DNA of 64,000 nucleotides. It comes from Azolla caroliniana. Its lineage: Eukaryota; Plantae; Polypodiophyta. Both the position numbers and the translations under genes were made by a program. How positions within the stretch are numbered: the stretch's first letter is position 1; the number at the start of each line of letters is the position of its first letter. Positions 37,776 to 51,740 of the stretch are shown piece by piece. The stretch lies in contig JBHGNT010000001.1 in assembly GCA_043228905.1 (NCBI GenBank), forward strand, positions 36,828,001 to 36,892,000, written 5' to 3'. The notes beneath the pieces were generated by a model, which worked only from the letters and a program-made list of their open reading frames with translations, had not been told where the DNA came from and made no database searches.

Positions 37776-39613
37776 TTAATGCGACCACATGGGAGATCCA
37801 TAAGCAGGCAGGGGCACGCCATAATGTTGCCAAGGTTCATCAATTTTGTAATTAACATTGGACGTAGAAATCAACCGACCTTCACCCATTTCCACACTGT
37901 CTACTTCCATGGTTTCATTGCCTTCTCCTTCCTCTTCTCTCATGGCACCTTCAGACAAGCCTTCAACCGAAGGTGTGAAGGTGGAAGGTTTGCCAACCCA
38001 TGGCACCACAGCTAAACTGTTCTTTCTGTTCACTTCAGATTGAAACAAGACATCATCCTCACCATCTTCCATTTGGTCAGAGACCTTGAACTTGCTGTTC
38101 GTGTCACTGGATGACTGCAACCAATTATCGGCCTGTCTTCCAGCAAATAAACCACAGGAGTTCGTATTTCCTGTACACAAAAGATAAAAACTCCCTTTAA
38201 ACTCAAGACACTTGGACTCATGCATTGCGTGCATGTTAACTGTTTCAAATGATATGAAGCTATAAGTAATATTAAAGCACACTCAAATAGATCAGAACTG
38301 CTCAAGGATAACTTAAACGCTCGTGAAGTAAGTCGAGAGAGATCATTTGCTTAATGGCTGACCTTTAACACATTATTTACCTGCAGAGAAGATGTCAGCA
38401 TTCACCAAAATTTGGTAGCCAGAAGTAGGGCCTCCAGGAAAGAGAGGTGGATTCACAGGTTTGTACAATACCAGTGCCCTCTCATTATTCACTTTCGTCT
38501 CCTCTGGCTTCAGAGGAGGCTCCACTATATCATCATCAAGCTCATAAAAATGTGGTTCAATTGGCAATCTCTCTGAAAACTCAATGTCAGATGTGGATGA
38601 GTTATCCAATTCCGAAAGAAGGCAAGGAGAACTCCAGATTTTGGTTGAGTAACTAGCAGAGCCAAAATCCTGCACATACAAGTTAGTGACATTTAGTTCT
38701 TTAGTACATAGTACGTGTTCTGTTCACATAAGAATCTCACAATGTAAAGTTGACCTTTCTGAGATATCAAAAAATATATTCAAGGCTCTGGATCACATGA
38801 AATGAGAGCAAAGGTCAGATCTGAAAAATTCAGGCCAAGTAACACATGACAAACAGACAAATCTAAGCCTTATATACAGGACTCTATGAAATACTGGCAT
38901 GAGCCACAACACATTAACAACCCCTCGGTTCGTTGAATTGAACACAAGAGGGAAGACATCCCTGCAGCCATGATCAGATCAGCTCAGGAAAGACCATGTA
39001 TCACAGGAAAGGCTCAATGGGAGGTGTCACAATAGAGAATATGCTTAAAATTATTAACTCCCAGAATGTTCTCAGAATGAAGTCAAAGAGCAAAAAGGCC
39101 TCATGTTCTCCTTAAGTATGTGGTGAACATATACGCAAGAGAATGAGATCTATAAGGAAATTATAATTCCATGTACCTCCATTTTCAGTCAGGGATTCCA
39201 TGTCAGTTGCTATGTAGAAATTACATTAAGCATCCAGTTTCCAGGGTAACATCACCTTATGATTCTGCGTTCCTTGGGAGATCCCATGATAGTATCTAAG
39301 GGAGATTACAATCCAGTATTTATAAGAGATTCTATGGGAAGATTCTATAACAGAGTCTCTGATGACCATTACGTTAGGCTCCTACTATTCGTTAAGAGAT
39401 TCCATCAAGTTTCTGTGTGAGCATTAAACTTATGCTTTTACATACTTCCTTTTTCTGCCAAATTAAAGACTAAAGAGAACCTACCTGTCTCATTTTTTTG
39501 TTTCGTGGAGACAGGCAAATATCATGAAGGAGCTCCGCGACATCATCACTGTCATGATCGCACTTGCGTTTCAACAGAGGAGTAGTATCATCAGCACAGA
39601 ACAGATCGTCCAT
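37776..39613 (-). CDS. Uncharacterised plant protein, 270 aa, 3 exons, acidic/disordered with basic NLS-like motifs
   Basis: Exons 39613-39485, 38669-38381 and 38170-37776 join in frame with GT-AG sites. Motifs LKRK, SPRNKKMR, NERALVLYKP, LAVVPW and MEVD resemble a conserved land-plant unknown family. Confidence 0.8.
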
Positions 39614-41063
39614 TCTTTTTCGCCTGTTTTTTTCGACTTCCTTTTCCTTCTTCACCTACACACTAGTGTACTTAGCTTCGATCCTGCAGGAAATAGATAT
39701 ATGGGATGAGGAATTCTTCTGCTTCTAGAACCTTCCGCGAGAGCTTTTATTTTCTTTGCGTTTTCTGTTAGGCCGTCCGTCCGTCTTCACCTTCCAGAAG
39801 TTTCGCTATGTTTTTCTCCTCTTTTTTGCTCTATTTTTATTATTATATGTCAATACTGTAACTTTCAATAACGAAGGAGGCGTCTCCTGTCATGAAAAAT
39901 ACATGTATTCGTCATTAGGAAATCTTGGTCTTCATAAATAGGGTTTCCAAACATGTCTTCGTAATCTAGCGGATTGTTTAGGTGCCTTCGGAAATGTGCG
40001 CAATGGTGATATGGAGGTCAATGCTTGGTGTTCAAAACCAATCATTAGGTGGTGCATACTAGCCACCCTATACAAGAAGCCTCTAGTTGTAACATGGTGG
40101 TCAACAGATAAAATTTCAAAAACCAATTGTCAAAGTGGGCTCATCGGGTGGCCTTGCAAGGAACGCTTTGGAACTGCACGTGGTGCCATCCTGATGGACA
40201 ACTATTGGTTTACTGAGAATCAAATCATTTGGTTAGGCCCATTGGGAAGCCTAGAGAGGAAGCCTTTCAAAAATTGACCACAAACTTTGTCTTATTTGTT
40301 ACCCTTAGGAGCGGGAAGCTGACAAGGAGTAGGCCAAAACGGATAAGAGCCGACGATTCGGAGGGAGCAGTGTGAAGCCTGAGAAATTAATAGATAAAAT
40401 ATTAGTATAAATTGTAGCTAAAATAATATTAGATAAGAAGCAATACGAAAGAATTAGGTTTGAATAGCTATGACTCTTGATGAAAAGATATGATCCAAAA
40501 GTATGTGCCGATTTGATTCGGCGTTGTATCACCGCATGCTTACCTATTAAAGGAGCATGAATCTTGTAGAAAACTATCTGTAGATGAAGTGTAATATATA
40601 TACGAGTCTTGTGCATACAGTACCCTGTGGTGATTGATTGTTGTGTGTAAACTCTTAGTAATCTTTGAATTAGCTTATTCAGACTATGTGTATATAAGCA
40701 GAATTCCGTTATGTTTATATAGTCAAATTGTCATATTTGATTTGGTTAACATTAATTGTTAATTGTGGTATGTATATTATTCCCATCCCTCCTACCACGA
40801 CCTTTGGTGAAGGGTATGCAGTGATTGAGTATCCGACCCGTACTTCCTGGGGAGTAGGAACATTATTGTCTCCAACAAATTAATGGATCTTTAGAGAAGA
40901 ATAATGTTTCATGAATAGATAGTATGTGTTGGATCACCCATGTCTCTTTTCTATGGCATCAACATGTGCTCAAATAAGTGAAACCTTGTGCGTTGAGGTA
41001 GGGATAACCTTCTATGTCAAGAGAAGCCTTTTCCAAACAAGTGTAAAAAGACTTAGCGCAAAT

Positions 41064-41301
41064 TAGGAGTCGGCAACGGCTCAACTCAAGCTTAGATCGA
41101 GCCATTAAATTGTTTTTAAAAGATCTGGCGATTTCGAGGTTCAGTTTAGTTCAGCTTGAACCTTGCCAAACCGGTTAAGCAATCGGGTTAGGGATTGGTT
41201 TGGTTCAAGTTTGAAAACTATCAAATTGGTTAAAGCTTAGTTGGTTTGGTTTGGACAAGGCCAAAATCAGTAAGATGAAATTGTATTGTTGTCGATTCCT
41301 A
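41064..41301. mobile_element. MITE-like element, 238 bp, imperfect terminal inverted repeats
   Basis: 5' TAGGAGTCGGCAAC and 3' GTTGTCGATTCCTA. Internal AACC/GGTT subrepeats. No clean TSD seen. Confidence 0.7.
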
Positions 41302-41757
41302 CGGTAAACAATTATTTGTAAAGGAGATACAAACATGTCACATTTTAAATCGACGAGATCATGCCTCTCCTAATCTTGAGACTACTTCTTAACCATATAA
41401 GCAGTTCACAAACCAAGAATGAAAGAGGTTGCTTGTCATGTGTGAGAAAAGAAATGTTGGAAAGCTACTCGATGGGTATTATGCACACGAATGGAGGCCC
41501 ACCTACATACACTCTTTCTTGGATACTTCTTTTGGCATAAGTTTCACTCATTTTATACATGCATGTCTACCTATGCATGTAGGTGATGAGCAATTTTAGG
41601 GTAAATTTCAAACATGTTCAGTAGTACTCTAAATAGAATAAGATATACAATCTTTTGGATGGTGAATTGATTTATACAATTAGTGTCACATTATATGATA
41701 TGAAACAAATACTTACCGACGTGAACTGCATTATCAATCAATAAACGTGGGGCAAAT

Positions 41758-44700
41758 ATGCCGGTTTCCGTTTCCTCTTTGGAAATTGTTCCAGTCATTG
41801 ACTCAATGCTAGAACAAGATCCGACGAAAGTTAAGGCGTCAGTTCAGAAAATGATAACATCGTTTCAACATAATGATGCAAAGGTAAATGCTCGATCATA
41901 TTCAGATGTTTTGCAGACAGGGGTGGGGCAATCACCGTATGTTTTTGCATCTGCAAAGGATACTATAGAAGCGCTTGGGAATAGCAAAAATAGGGTATAT
42001 AAAGACCATCGTGTGTTAGTCAAGGATTTCCGTGTGGAAAAAAGAATAACAAGAGCAGTAACTTCATCTCAAAAGGAGAGACAAGTGGTTTTGACTGATA
42101 AGAGGTCTTCTCCATCTCAATCTTGATATGTATTATTTTAATATTTTATCTTGGAACCTTCAAGGGTTAGGTACGAGTCGTTGTAATAGAGTAAGATGTT
42201 ACTTGAATCAAGAATTATCTTTACCTTCAATAGGTCAACTTGATATGCTATGCTTTCAAGAACACCATCTTAATTCACAAAGGATAGCATCGAATAGAAA
42301 TTTACTACGTGGTAATTGGATTTATGAATGGGTTCCGGCTTTTGGACCATCTGGTACTCAAGGTGGCCTTTGTATCGCACTTAAAATGCACTGGCAGTCT
42401 AATGTACAAGCTAAAGGAGTATTGTTTGGTGGTAGAGTTCAATATATGCTTATTCTTATCTCCGGAAAATTGATTGGTTTTTTGAATGTATATGCTCCGA
42501 ATTCTGTTACTGGAAGAATTCGTTTGTGGAATAAGTTATTGCAAGATCTTCCTGTGGCACAACATTGGTGCATGTGTGGTGATTGGAACATGATTGAAAG
42601 CCCTAGTGATAGATTAGGTGGATCTTCTACTACTATATCGGGTTTAGAATTGCGTGAGTGGGAAAAGTTAATTTTCAAATATGAAGTTACTGATTTGTGG
42701 CATATTCCAACCTTCTCTCGCATGCCCGATTCCTTGTTATACTCACGTTCCAATCGAAGAAGTGTTGCTCTTAATCTGTCGAGAATAGATAGGTTTTATG
42801 CAGATTCTTTTTTTTGGGATCGTGGAGGATATGTGGGTATTATATCAGGCACTTCGTTCTCAGATCATGCCCCGATTATGCTCAAATTCTGTATGAACAG
42901 CCATACTTCTATTTCTCGATTGTATGTGCCAAGGTTTATTGTTGATGATATGAGTTTGCAGAATACAGTTTTGTCAATTTGGAGAATGGCTGTAGGGGAT
43001 TCTAATTGTCAAAAATTACAGAATGCTCTTCTCGCAGTTTCCAACTTCTTTATACAACAAGTTAAGTTAAAACAAAGTAGCTACACTAGAAAATTGCTGA
43101 ATGCTAAGAGAGGTTTGGCTTCTCTTCAAATTTTGCAAGAAAAACAGCCTCATTCTCAATATATTCATTGTGAATTACAGAATGTTATGATGCTTATTTC
43201 TTTTCTGCAGCAAAAACGTGCTCAATTTTTTCTTCATGCATCTGCAGCAAGATGGTGTACAAAAGGAGACACCATGTCAAAATTCTTTTTCCAACATGTT
43301 ACACCTAAAAGAAATAAAATTCAGATTGTACAATTGAAAAGATCTGATGGTACAGTTACTATGGATAAAGATGAAATGAGTAACATTGTTGCTACTTATT
43401 ATGAGTCGTTGTTATCAGCAGATACTCCAAGTGTTGAAACTCAACAAATGCGCCAAAAAGTATGGGCTGTTACTGTGGTTAAGGTAACATCTCGGATATC
43501 TCTTCAGCTTCTTCGTCCATTTTCATCCTTTGAAATATTACAAGCTATTAAAGGTGTTGGGCCAGATGTGTCCCCGGGAGTAGATGGAATGGGAAGAGAT
43601 TTTTTCATTACATATTGGGACTTGATTGCCGAAGATCTATTGGCAGCATTTCAAGAAATGTTCAATACAGGTATTATGCCACAAAAGTGGAAAGAGGGAT
43701 TAATATGCCTCATTCCGAAAGGTGAGGTTGTTACGGATGAGGTGAAGGGTTGGCGGCCCATTACTTTATTGAATACAATTTACAAAATCTATGCTAAGTT
43801 ATTGGCTTTGAGATTACAACCTTTTCTTTCAGAGATTGTGCATGACTCACAGACGGGATTTATGCAAGAACGTAGTATTTTTGACAATATTTTTTTGTTT
43901 TGGGAATTAACAGGGATGGCAATGAAAACTAAAGAAGATCTAGCGGTACTTTAGTTAGATTTTGAGAAGGCATATGATAGAGTTGATTGGGACTTCATGG
44001 AAGGTTCATTATTGAGATTAGGTTTTCCTGCGCAGTGGATTAGGGCTGTAGCTTCCTTGTATCGTGAGGCCTTTAGTTCAGTGTTGGTCGCCGGTGGGCA
44101 AACTAGAAAATTTTCTATCTCGCGTTCGGTTCGTCAAGGTTGTCCATTGGCCCCATTCCTGTTTTTGCTAGTTATGGAAACATTCTCAATGTATTTAAAC
44201 TCCTCTCAAGTTGCTTTGAAGGGTTTGCCTTTGCCTGCCACGCAACAACAAATGTTGGATGCAGAATTTGCAGATGATACTGCAATTTATGTTCAAGGTA
44301 ATGATGAAAATTTAAGTAAATTGCAAGAAGTAGTGGAGGAATTTTGTTTGGCCTCTGGAGCAAAGATAAATTGGCATAAATCTCTTGGCTTTTGGGTGTC
44401 ACAAAATTCCTTGCCTAATTGGATGCCTTCGCAGGAATTCAAGTGGGTTCCTAATGGAACCACTACTCGTTACTTAGGCTGTCAAGTGGGACTTCATGTT
44501 ACTGCAGATATGTTAGTTGCTCCTCTACTTGTAAAATTAAGAAGAAAATTGTTGCTTTGGGATTCGGTTAACCTATCACTTGCAGGTCGTATACTTGTAG
44601 CTAACCAAGTGTTGTTAGCGACTATTTGGTATGTTGCTTCAACTACATTGTTTGCTAGATCATGTATTTTACAGGTGCAACGCCTCATTCGTAACTACAT

Positions 44701-46632
44701 TTGGGGAGGGAAAACAGGTCAAGGTAAAAGGCCTAAAGTAGCTTGGGCAGTATTGATTGCTCCACGACAAAATGGTGGGATGGGGCTGGTAGATCCAGAT
44801 GCACAGTGTAAGGCTTTGCTTTCTAAATTTGTGTGCAGAGCTATGCTGCCAATGCAAGGTGTTTGGAGTCGTTTGATGATGCATAGGTTGTCTACTATGT
44901 GCCCATCAATAGGAGGAAAGTGGCAACCATCTTTAAGATGGGGTTTTATTCAGAATTTTCATTTGTTTAAAACAACCTTATTAGAAGATAGGTTTTTTAA
45001 TGGAATTCTCACAAGTTGGTCAGCTGTCAAAAAGTTTCTAATTCGGAAGGTACCTTTGACAACGGATGACTTGTTGAGACAACCCTTGATCTGGAATTTT
45101 CTCTTTTCAGATTCAAGGGGTTTTCTGCTTGGTAGCCGTCCTCGGTTGAATTGGGCTTCTATGGATGCATCAATAGCAGGTAATGTTCAAGCATGGGGAT
45201 GCTATGTTATGAATCAACAGTTACAACCTTTGTCGAGGCCTTCAGTTCGAGGAAGTGCTATTATGTGCGATAATATGCAAGTGGCATTGGGACAATTTAT
45301 GGCTTCATGGTCCCCCTCTAGCAATCAGATTTGGTTTGGTTATTTCTCTCCTCTAAAAGTGATTTTAGGAGCTCAAGTAACTAACACTATGGGTGATGTA
45401 ATATACTTTAATGTGGATGATGATGGTAGGTTGTGGCATGTATTTTCTGAATCAGATGTGTGGATATCCGCCAATGTTTCAGCGATTCGAGTAGTTGCAA
45501 GATCGGGAAAAAAATGGCTCTTGGATCCACCATTTCAAGAATGCTTACGGTGTTGTTCGTTGTGGGTTTTTCAAAAAAAGCCGCTTTATAATTTGGATTG
45601 GGATCCAGCTGATTATCAATGGAAAAAACCGAATGCTAATGGAAATGGTAAACACTTAGAGTTCTTTCAGTATTCAGTTAAGTTAGGTAGAAATTTATTA
45701 TTGCAATCAAAGTATAAATGCCCGGCTGCCATGAAGCATTGGATTGCAAATAATGTGAATGAACTACAACTTACAAAATTTTGGAAATGGTTGTGGAGTA
45801 TGCAGTTGCCGAAAAAAGTTATTTGTTTTCGTTGGTTGTTGATACATTATGCTCTTCCTGTTGGTGATTGGTTGAGGCAAAATCAGCAATATGCTTGTGG
45901 AATGCATTGTGGTGAATCTACGGAATCTATTTTGCATTTGTTTTGGATGTGTCCCAAAATCAAGCAATTCTGGAGTAAGTTGTTTTTATTACTAAGAAAC
46001 CACTATGCTCGTTCTACTTTCTCGTGGGGTGCAGTATTATGGGGTGTCCTTCATGGAGATGTTATGAATTACGAACGTATGCATGCTTCTCATGTTTTTT
46101 ACTTTTCCAATGGGTACATCTATCTCACTTCATTTCCATCTGTTATTCCTCGGTTTAGAACTGAAAATCTGGTTATTTGGCGTATTGTTACGTCACTAGC
46201 GCTGTGGACAATATGGAAAACGAGACGCGATGCTGTTTTTAATAATGCTCACATACATCTCAATAATATGCTTATTGAATTCTGGTGGTTATTTGTCCAC
46301 ACCATACGTGGACAATATGATGATTTGCAAGGTACAACTGATGCTCAAAGGCAACGTCAAGTGGACTTTAAGAAACGGTGGCGACGGCTTCACTTATTTT
46401 CAGATACGTCTCCTGGTATGAAGTGGAATTATTCCATTCCTCCTTTTTTATTGCATAGCTTGTAGATGGTGTTCCATTTGTTCCTATTGTGATATCATCT
46501 GTATCATCAGATGTTGGTATGAGGTTTTGTATTACAATAGAGGTGAGATGAAATGTCTCCCTCTGTTTTCTATATGTACATTTCTCAAGTAATTTACTAA
46601 GGTGTATCTTTTTAATAAAAAAAAAAAAAAAA
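41758..46632 (+). mobile_element. L1-type LINE: ORF1 tail, near-intact ORF2 (endonuclease + RT + zf-RVT) with one in-frame TAG, 3'UTR, poly-A
   Basis: APE motifs SWNLQG, QEHH, NVYAPN, GDWN, SRIDRFY, SDH. RT motifs WRPITLLN, L*LDFEKAYDRV, SVRQGCPLAP, FADD, RYLG. Frames 42128-43954 and 43997-46465 are continuous apart from TAG at 43952-43954. A-tail ends at 46632. Confidence 0.97.
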
Positions 46633-47819
46633 GTGTTTACTTGGATGAATTTTGAAAAGCATAGAAAAACAATTGGTTTCCCTACATTTTAACAAGGTAT
46701 GTAGCTCAATTCATTGACTCGTTGAATGCTAATATTGACTAGAGTAACGAAGATAAATCTTTGAAGGATATTGGGGTGGTTCCTCGCAATAGCATTTGTA
46801 ATTGTGACTACAAGGTTCAAATATATTTCCACACCAACTCGACACCCAACTTCATTGGGCCAATGGTTACTATCTAGCCTCAACTTAATTTTTCCTTTCA
46901 TCAACTCATTGGCCCATTGGCTTTATAGGTTTGGACTCTAGATCATGGTTTCTCTCCACATCTCGTAGTGATCTTGCATAATCTATTACGATTTTGATGA
47001 ATAGTTCAACATAATATCAATTGTTCCCATAAGGATCTCATAGATTACATCCAAATTTAGTCTCTTCCAAGCTTGCAAATCAGTATAGATGGAGGAACTC
47101 TCATCATCAGATGATTTGGCTATTTTATTTCCACCAACTTTGCATCCAATTCGAGCACAATGTCAAGGACCTCATAATTGTTCCATATGGTGCCCATTTC
47201 GAACTTCCAAAGAGTGTGTACATGCCACGAGCTTCCCCTGCATCATTGTTAGCAGTTGTGAACTCAATTCACAAATAAAACCACTTCCATTCCAACTAGA
47301 ATGTTCTCTTAGATGTAAATATAGTTCATCTCAATTTGCTTCATTCATGCACAAAGCATGAGGTTTTATGCTTATTAGATGTTGTTGACATTGTAACAAT
47401 ATATTCACATAATATTTGTTGATATGGATGTCGAACTCCTTAGAGATTTGCTTAGCAGGTTAATATTGCGTCTCTTTACTCCTCATCGATGCTCAACAAA
47501 ATCACAATGGACTACTTTTTCTCGTATCACAAGATGGTATGCCACCTTTTCTAAAGGAGAAAGAAAAGCCTTAACATTGACCATCAATCTGTCAAACTAT
47601 TGGCCCTAGTCGATGTAAGTGTAGCTCTCAAGCAAAACTAAGACTTTTGCTTCGTAGAAGATGTTTGGGTCCATGGTGTTGTTGAAATACCTTGAGATGC
47701 TAAGATAATTGACTAAGGTGGCTAAATATGTAGCAAATTGAAGTTTATCTAACAATGAAAGGACAATCCATCCATGGAATTCAATCTTCTAGTTGAGGAA
47801 AAGAAAATTCTAGTAATAC

Positions 47820-50800
47820 ATTGGGATGGAAGAGCGACAAGCAACACCTTATTCGATGCATAAAGGGGGTTCTTGTGAAACTCCCCTCAATCCATCTACC
47901 ACCTCTCCCCATATTTCAGGTAAGGTTTGTCGAATACAAGTGTATAATGGCCATATTCACACTGTCCCTTTGGACAACCCAAGTTTGGGCTATTTCTGTA
48001 AATAGCATAAAGGGCAGTTGCCCTAGGACAATCACTATATAAAGTGACTTTGTAACCTTTAGAAAAGGTTGGTTGTCATTCTTTGTAACTGTGGCTATTG
48101 GAATATAACTTTTTCTTTGTGCCTATCTGTGTGTGTGCGTGTATCTTGCTCATGCGCATACACATGTTCTTCTTCATCACGAATGTTGCTTGCACTTCCG
48201 CATTGACGGCCTTGTCCCCAACATTTGGTATCAGAGCGTTGGAGGTTCTTCAACCCGTTGCCGGCCGTCATAGTACACCACACAACATTCCGTTTTCGTT
48301 TTCTTTGATCAACAGAGAAGGGAGAAGAAAAAAGAAGAAGAAAAGCTCGCATCTCACTGTGTTAAATCACAAATTGGAGTAAGCCAATCGGTTGTACTCT
48401 GTTCCTGTGATTGTAACTGCTTGAGGGGAGCTTCTTGAGCAACAATCGACCCAATCGTGCTTCATTCGGTTAAACAACATCCGAATAGGTCACCGGACGC
48501 TATTCACCCGCTTGCTGTAACCACCCGCTGTAGATTGGTCTCCAGGCAACAACCAAATTCGTGCTTCACTCAGCTGATCGACATTCGGGAGGATCAGTTT
48601 GATCCGTCCCTCTCATCGTTGTAGTCATCCGAAGCAGAATCGACCCAAACAATCGGTTTCGTGTAATCGGTATTCGGCATATGATCGGAAGCTAACCGGG
48701 CTCACTCCAACTCGGCAACATTTAGGAAGACCAGCCGGTTCTGTCCCTCAAGTTACCGGAGTCACTCCGAGCAAGTTTAGCAACAAGTATCCAAAACCAA
48801 ACCGACTCGGGTTCAAAACTGACTAGAACAATATCGGGTGAGCCGACCGGCTGCACCCCACTAAGGTTCGTAGTCAACTCCGAACCGAGTCTTACCAACC
48901 GAAACCGAAGCATATGGCATCAACATCCAGCTCATCAGAGATGATTCTAAGGAGGTTCGACGGTTCGAACTTCAACTTTTGGAAGGAACAAATGCAAGAC
49001 TATCTCATAGTCAAGGGTCAGATAGACCCGATTGAGAATGAAAATCCTCCAGAAGCATACAAGGCAAATGAATGGCTAAAGCTGGACAGAACTGTCCGTG
49101 CCACGATTCAGATGCACTTATCGGAGTCAGTGTACTTCACAATGCAATCATGCACGACAACTTTTGAACTATGGAAAACACTATCGGAAACTTATGAAAA
49201 GAAGGTTGTGGCAACGAAGATGTATATGATCCGGCGCCTCCACAACTTGCGGATGAAAGAATCTGATTCAGTTCAGGCACACCTCAACAAGTACGAAAGC
49301 ATAAGCTCCCAAATCTCGTCTTAGGGGACGACAATGGAGGATGAACTTAGAGCAATGATACTCATGAGTAGTCTCCCCTCTTCATGGGAAACTTTCGTTA
49401 CAACCGTGTGCAATGCTTCAACACCTGCGGTTAAGTACTCCAAAGTCACGAGCGCAATCCTAACTGAAGCAGCTCGGAGAAAGTCTTTCGCCAAAGATTC
49501 CGCAGATGAAGCTCAACCGACCGATCGAACAACCGGGGAAAAAGTTCTTCCCGATCGCCGAACAATCAACAAGCCGAAGCAAGTCCCCAGACAATCGAAT
49601 CTGCAACTACTGCAAGAAACTGGGACACATCAAAGCCGACTGTCGGGCACTCAAAGCAAAAACTGATAAAGCTTAGAGAGCGGATCAGAAGAGTAGCCGG
49701 CATGAGGAGGTCAACTACGTCGGCTCTTCAGCCGAAATTTTGACGACCGACCCGAACATATTGTCCATAGAGAACCTAGTTGAATCAGAAGTTCTGCATA
49801 CGACTGAGGAATCGAGCACATGGCTCCTGGACTCGGGCACATCGTATCATGTGACACCTCACCGATCTCAGTTTCGGCAATACTCGGACCGATACTCCGA
49901 CTTAGTTCGAGTCAGAAACTCGCAGCACTGTGCTATAATCCGAATCGGCATCGTAGAGCTCAACCTTCCGGGCAGCTCTACACTCGTAGTACACAATGTC
50001 CGACACGTTCCTGAGCTCTCAAGACCCTTGATCTCAGTCGGACAGCTTGACGAAGCCGACATCCATGCCGGATTCTCATCAGGAGGGTGGACACTCCACA
50101 AAGGGAACCTCCTGCTTGCTCGAGGACCAAAGGTACATTCCTTGTACCCTTTATTTGTCACACTCAAAGAGGGTGACTTTTTTTTGGTTGATATCCCCGT
50201 GTCATCGTTATGGCACAAACGACTTGGACACCTCGGCAAGGCAGACATAACGTACCTATCCAGAGCCAGTTACATCCCCAAACCCTCCTTCTTGGATCAC
50301 CAATTCTGCAAGCATTGCCAGTACGGCAAACAGGTAGCTGCATCACACCCGACATCAGCACCAAGAGAATCGAGTCCCCTCGATTTGGTCCACTCAGACG
50401 TCTGTGGCCTGATGCCACATCAATCTCTCGACGATGCTTCGTACTTCGTCAGTTTTATTGACGACTCGACTCAAAAGGTGTGGGCTTATGGACCTTACGG
50501 TCGGAACAAGGAGTGCGGAATGGTCGATAATCGGCGGGTAGAGGTAGGCGAAGAGGAACACCACGCTCGATTTGAGCACACCCGAATCGAAGACGAGGTA
50601 GAAGAAAGGAGAGGGAGCCGGCATGATTAGGAATAACAAAAAGGAAGAGGGGTGGGGGTTTAAAACACTAAGATTAGAAACATAAACACTAAAACAAAAA
50701 ACATAACCCGAAAACTAACAAACATGAAATCTAAATCTAGAAACATGAACCTAAAAATAAAGTAAAGGGTGGGGTAATTAGAAAGAAATTAAAATTAAAA

Positions 50801-50951
50801 GATAGGCTTAAAGGGAGGGGGATTAACATACTAATTAAAATAGAGAGAGAGAGAGAGAGAGAGATTAAAACATAAATAAACCTAAGATTAAAACTAAAGA
50901 GAGAGAGAGAGTGTGAGAGATTAAAACATAAATAAACCTAAGATTAAAACT

Positions 50952-51003
<52 letters not shown>

Positions 51004-51740
51004 AGACATAAATAAACCTAAGATTAAAACTAAAATATGAGACGAAAAACATAATTAATATTTAAAAACAAGGGTGTTCTCGATCTTCTCCGAAAGGCTT
51101 GCAATGGTCGAAAATCAAACTGGTTGGAAACTGAAATGTCTCCGAACCGACAATGGAGGAGAATTCAAGTCTGAAGAATTTGTCAAATTTTGTTGGGAAC
51201 GCGGCATTCGATGTGAATATACGACACCTTATAGTCCAGAGCAGAACGGAATTGGAGAACACATGAATCAGACGATTCAAGAACGCATAGTATCCATGCT
51301 CCAACATTCCAGACTGTCGGAGGGCTTCTGGGCGGAGGCTCTACTTACGACAGTACACATAATAAATATGTCACCAAGTAGACCTCTAGGACTTAAAATA
51401 CCTCAGGAAATATGGACCGACAGTACGCCGAATTATGACAAGCTGAGGATCTTCGGCTGCGAGTCGTATGCCCTCAAACCGAAAGACGACCGTCGGAAAC
51501 TCGAACCAAGATCAAGGAAATGTGTTTTCCTTGGATATGGACCCGACAACAAAAGAAGCCTTATGGGTCGGTCGGTTGGCGCACACGTTTCGACAAGTCG
51601 ACCTTGACTCGGCTCCAATTGTCTACAACGATAGTTAGGGTACTCTTGCTTTGTCAAAGAATCTGGTTCACCACAACGCCTCCAAGCATATCGACGTTCG
51701 ATATCACTTCGTTCGGGACTGCATCATTTCAGGGAAATCA
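47820..51740 (+). mobile_element. Rearranged Ty1/Copia LTR retrotransposon (5'LTR, PBS, gag, protease, integrase, RNase H tail; RT deleted, no 3'LTR)
   Basis: LTR ends in CA at 48223 (start approximate). PBS TGGTATCAGAGC 48226-48237 (tRNA-iMet). gag FDGSNFNFWKEQM, protease WLLDSG, GAG-pre-integrase LWHKRLGH, integrase LVHSDV / LRTDNGGEF / PEQNG, RNase H end SKHIDVRYHFVRD. Stops and frameshifts present. Confidence 0.93.
50490..51070. other. Foreign insertion inside the Copia integrase, with three (GA)n-containing tandem units
   Basis: Integrase stops after KVWAY (50489) and resumes at RVFSIFSE (~51071). Unit gagattaaaacataaataaacctaagattaaaactaaa occurs three times, separated by (GA)n. Confidence 0.85.

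Noticed and set aside
40300-40740. Possible organellar-derived insertion (NUPT/NUMT)
   Set aside because: The composition looks organellar, but I recognised no gene or intron domain. It needs BLAST against the plastid and mitochondrial genomes.
43952-43954. Programmed read-through or U-to-C editing of the LINE TAG (also the TAG at 4338)
   Set aside because: No CARYYA read-through context, and U-to-C editing is organellar. The two stops are at non-homologous positions, so simple point mutation is more likely.
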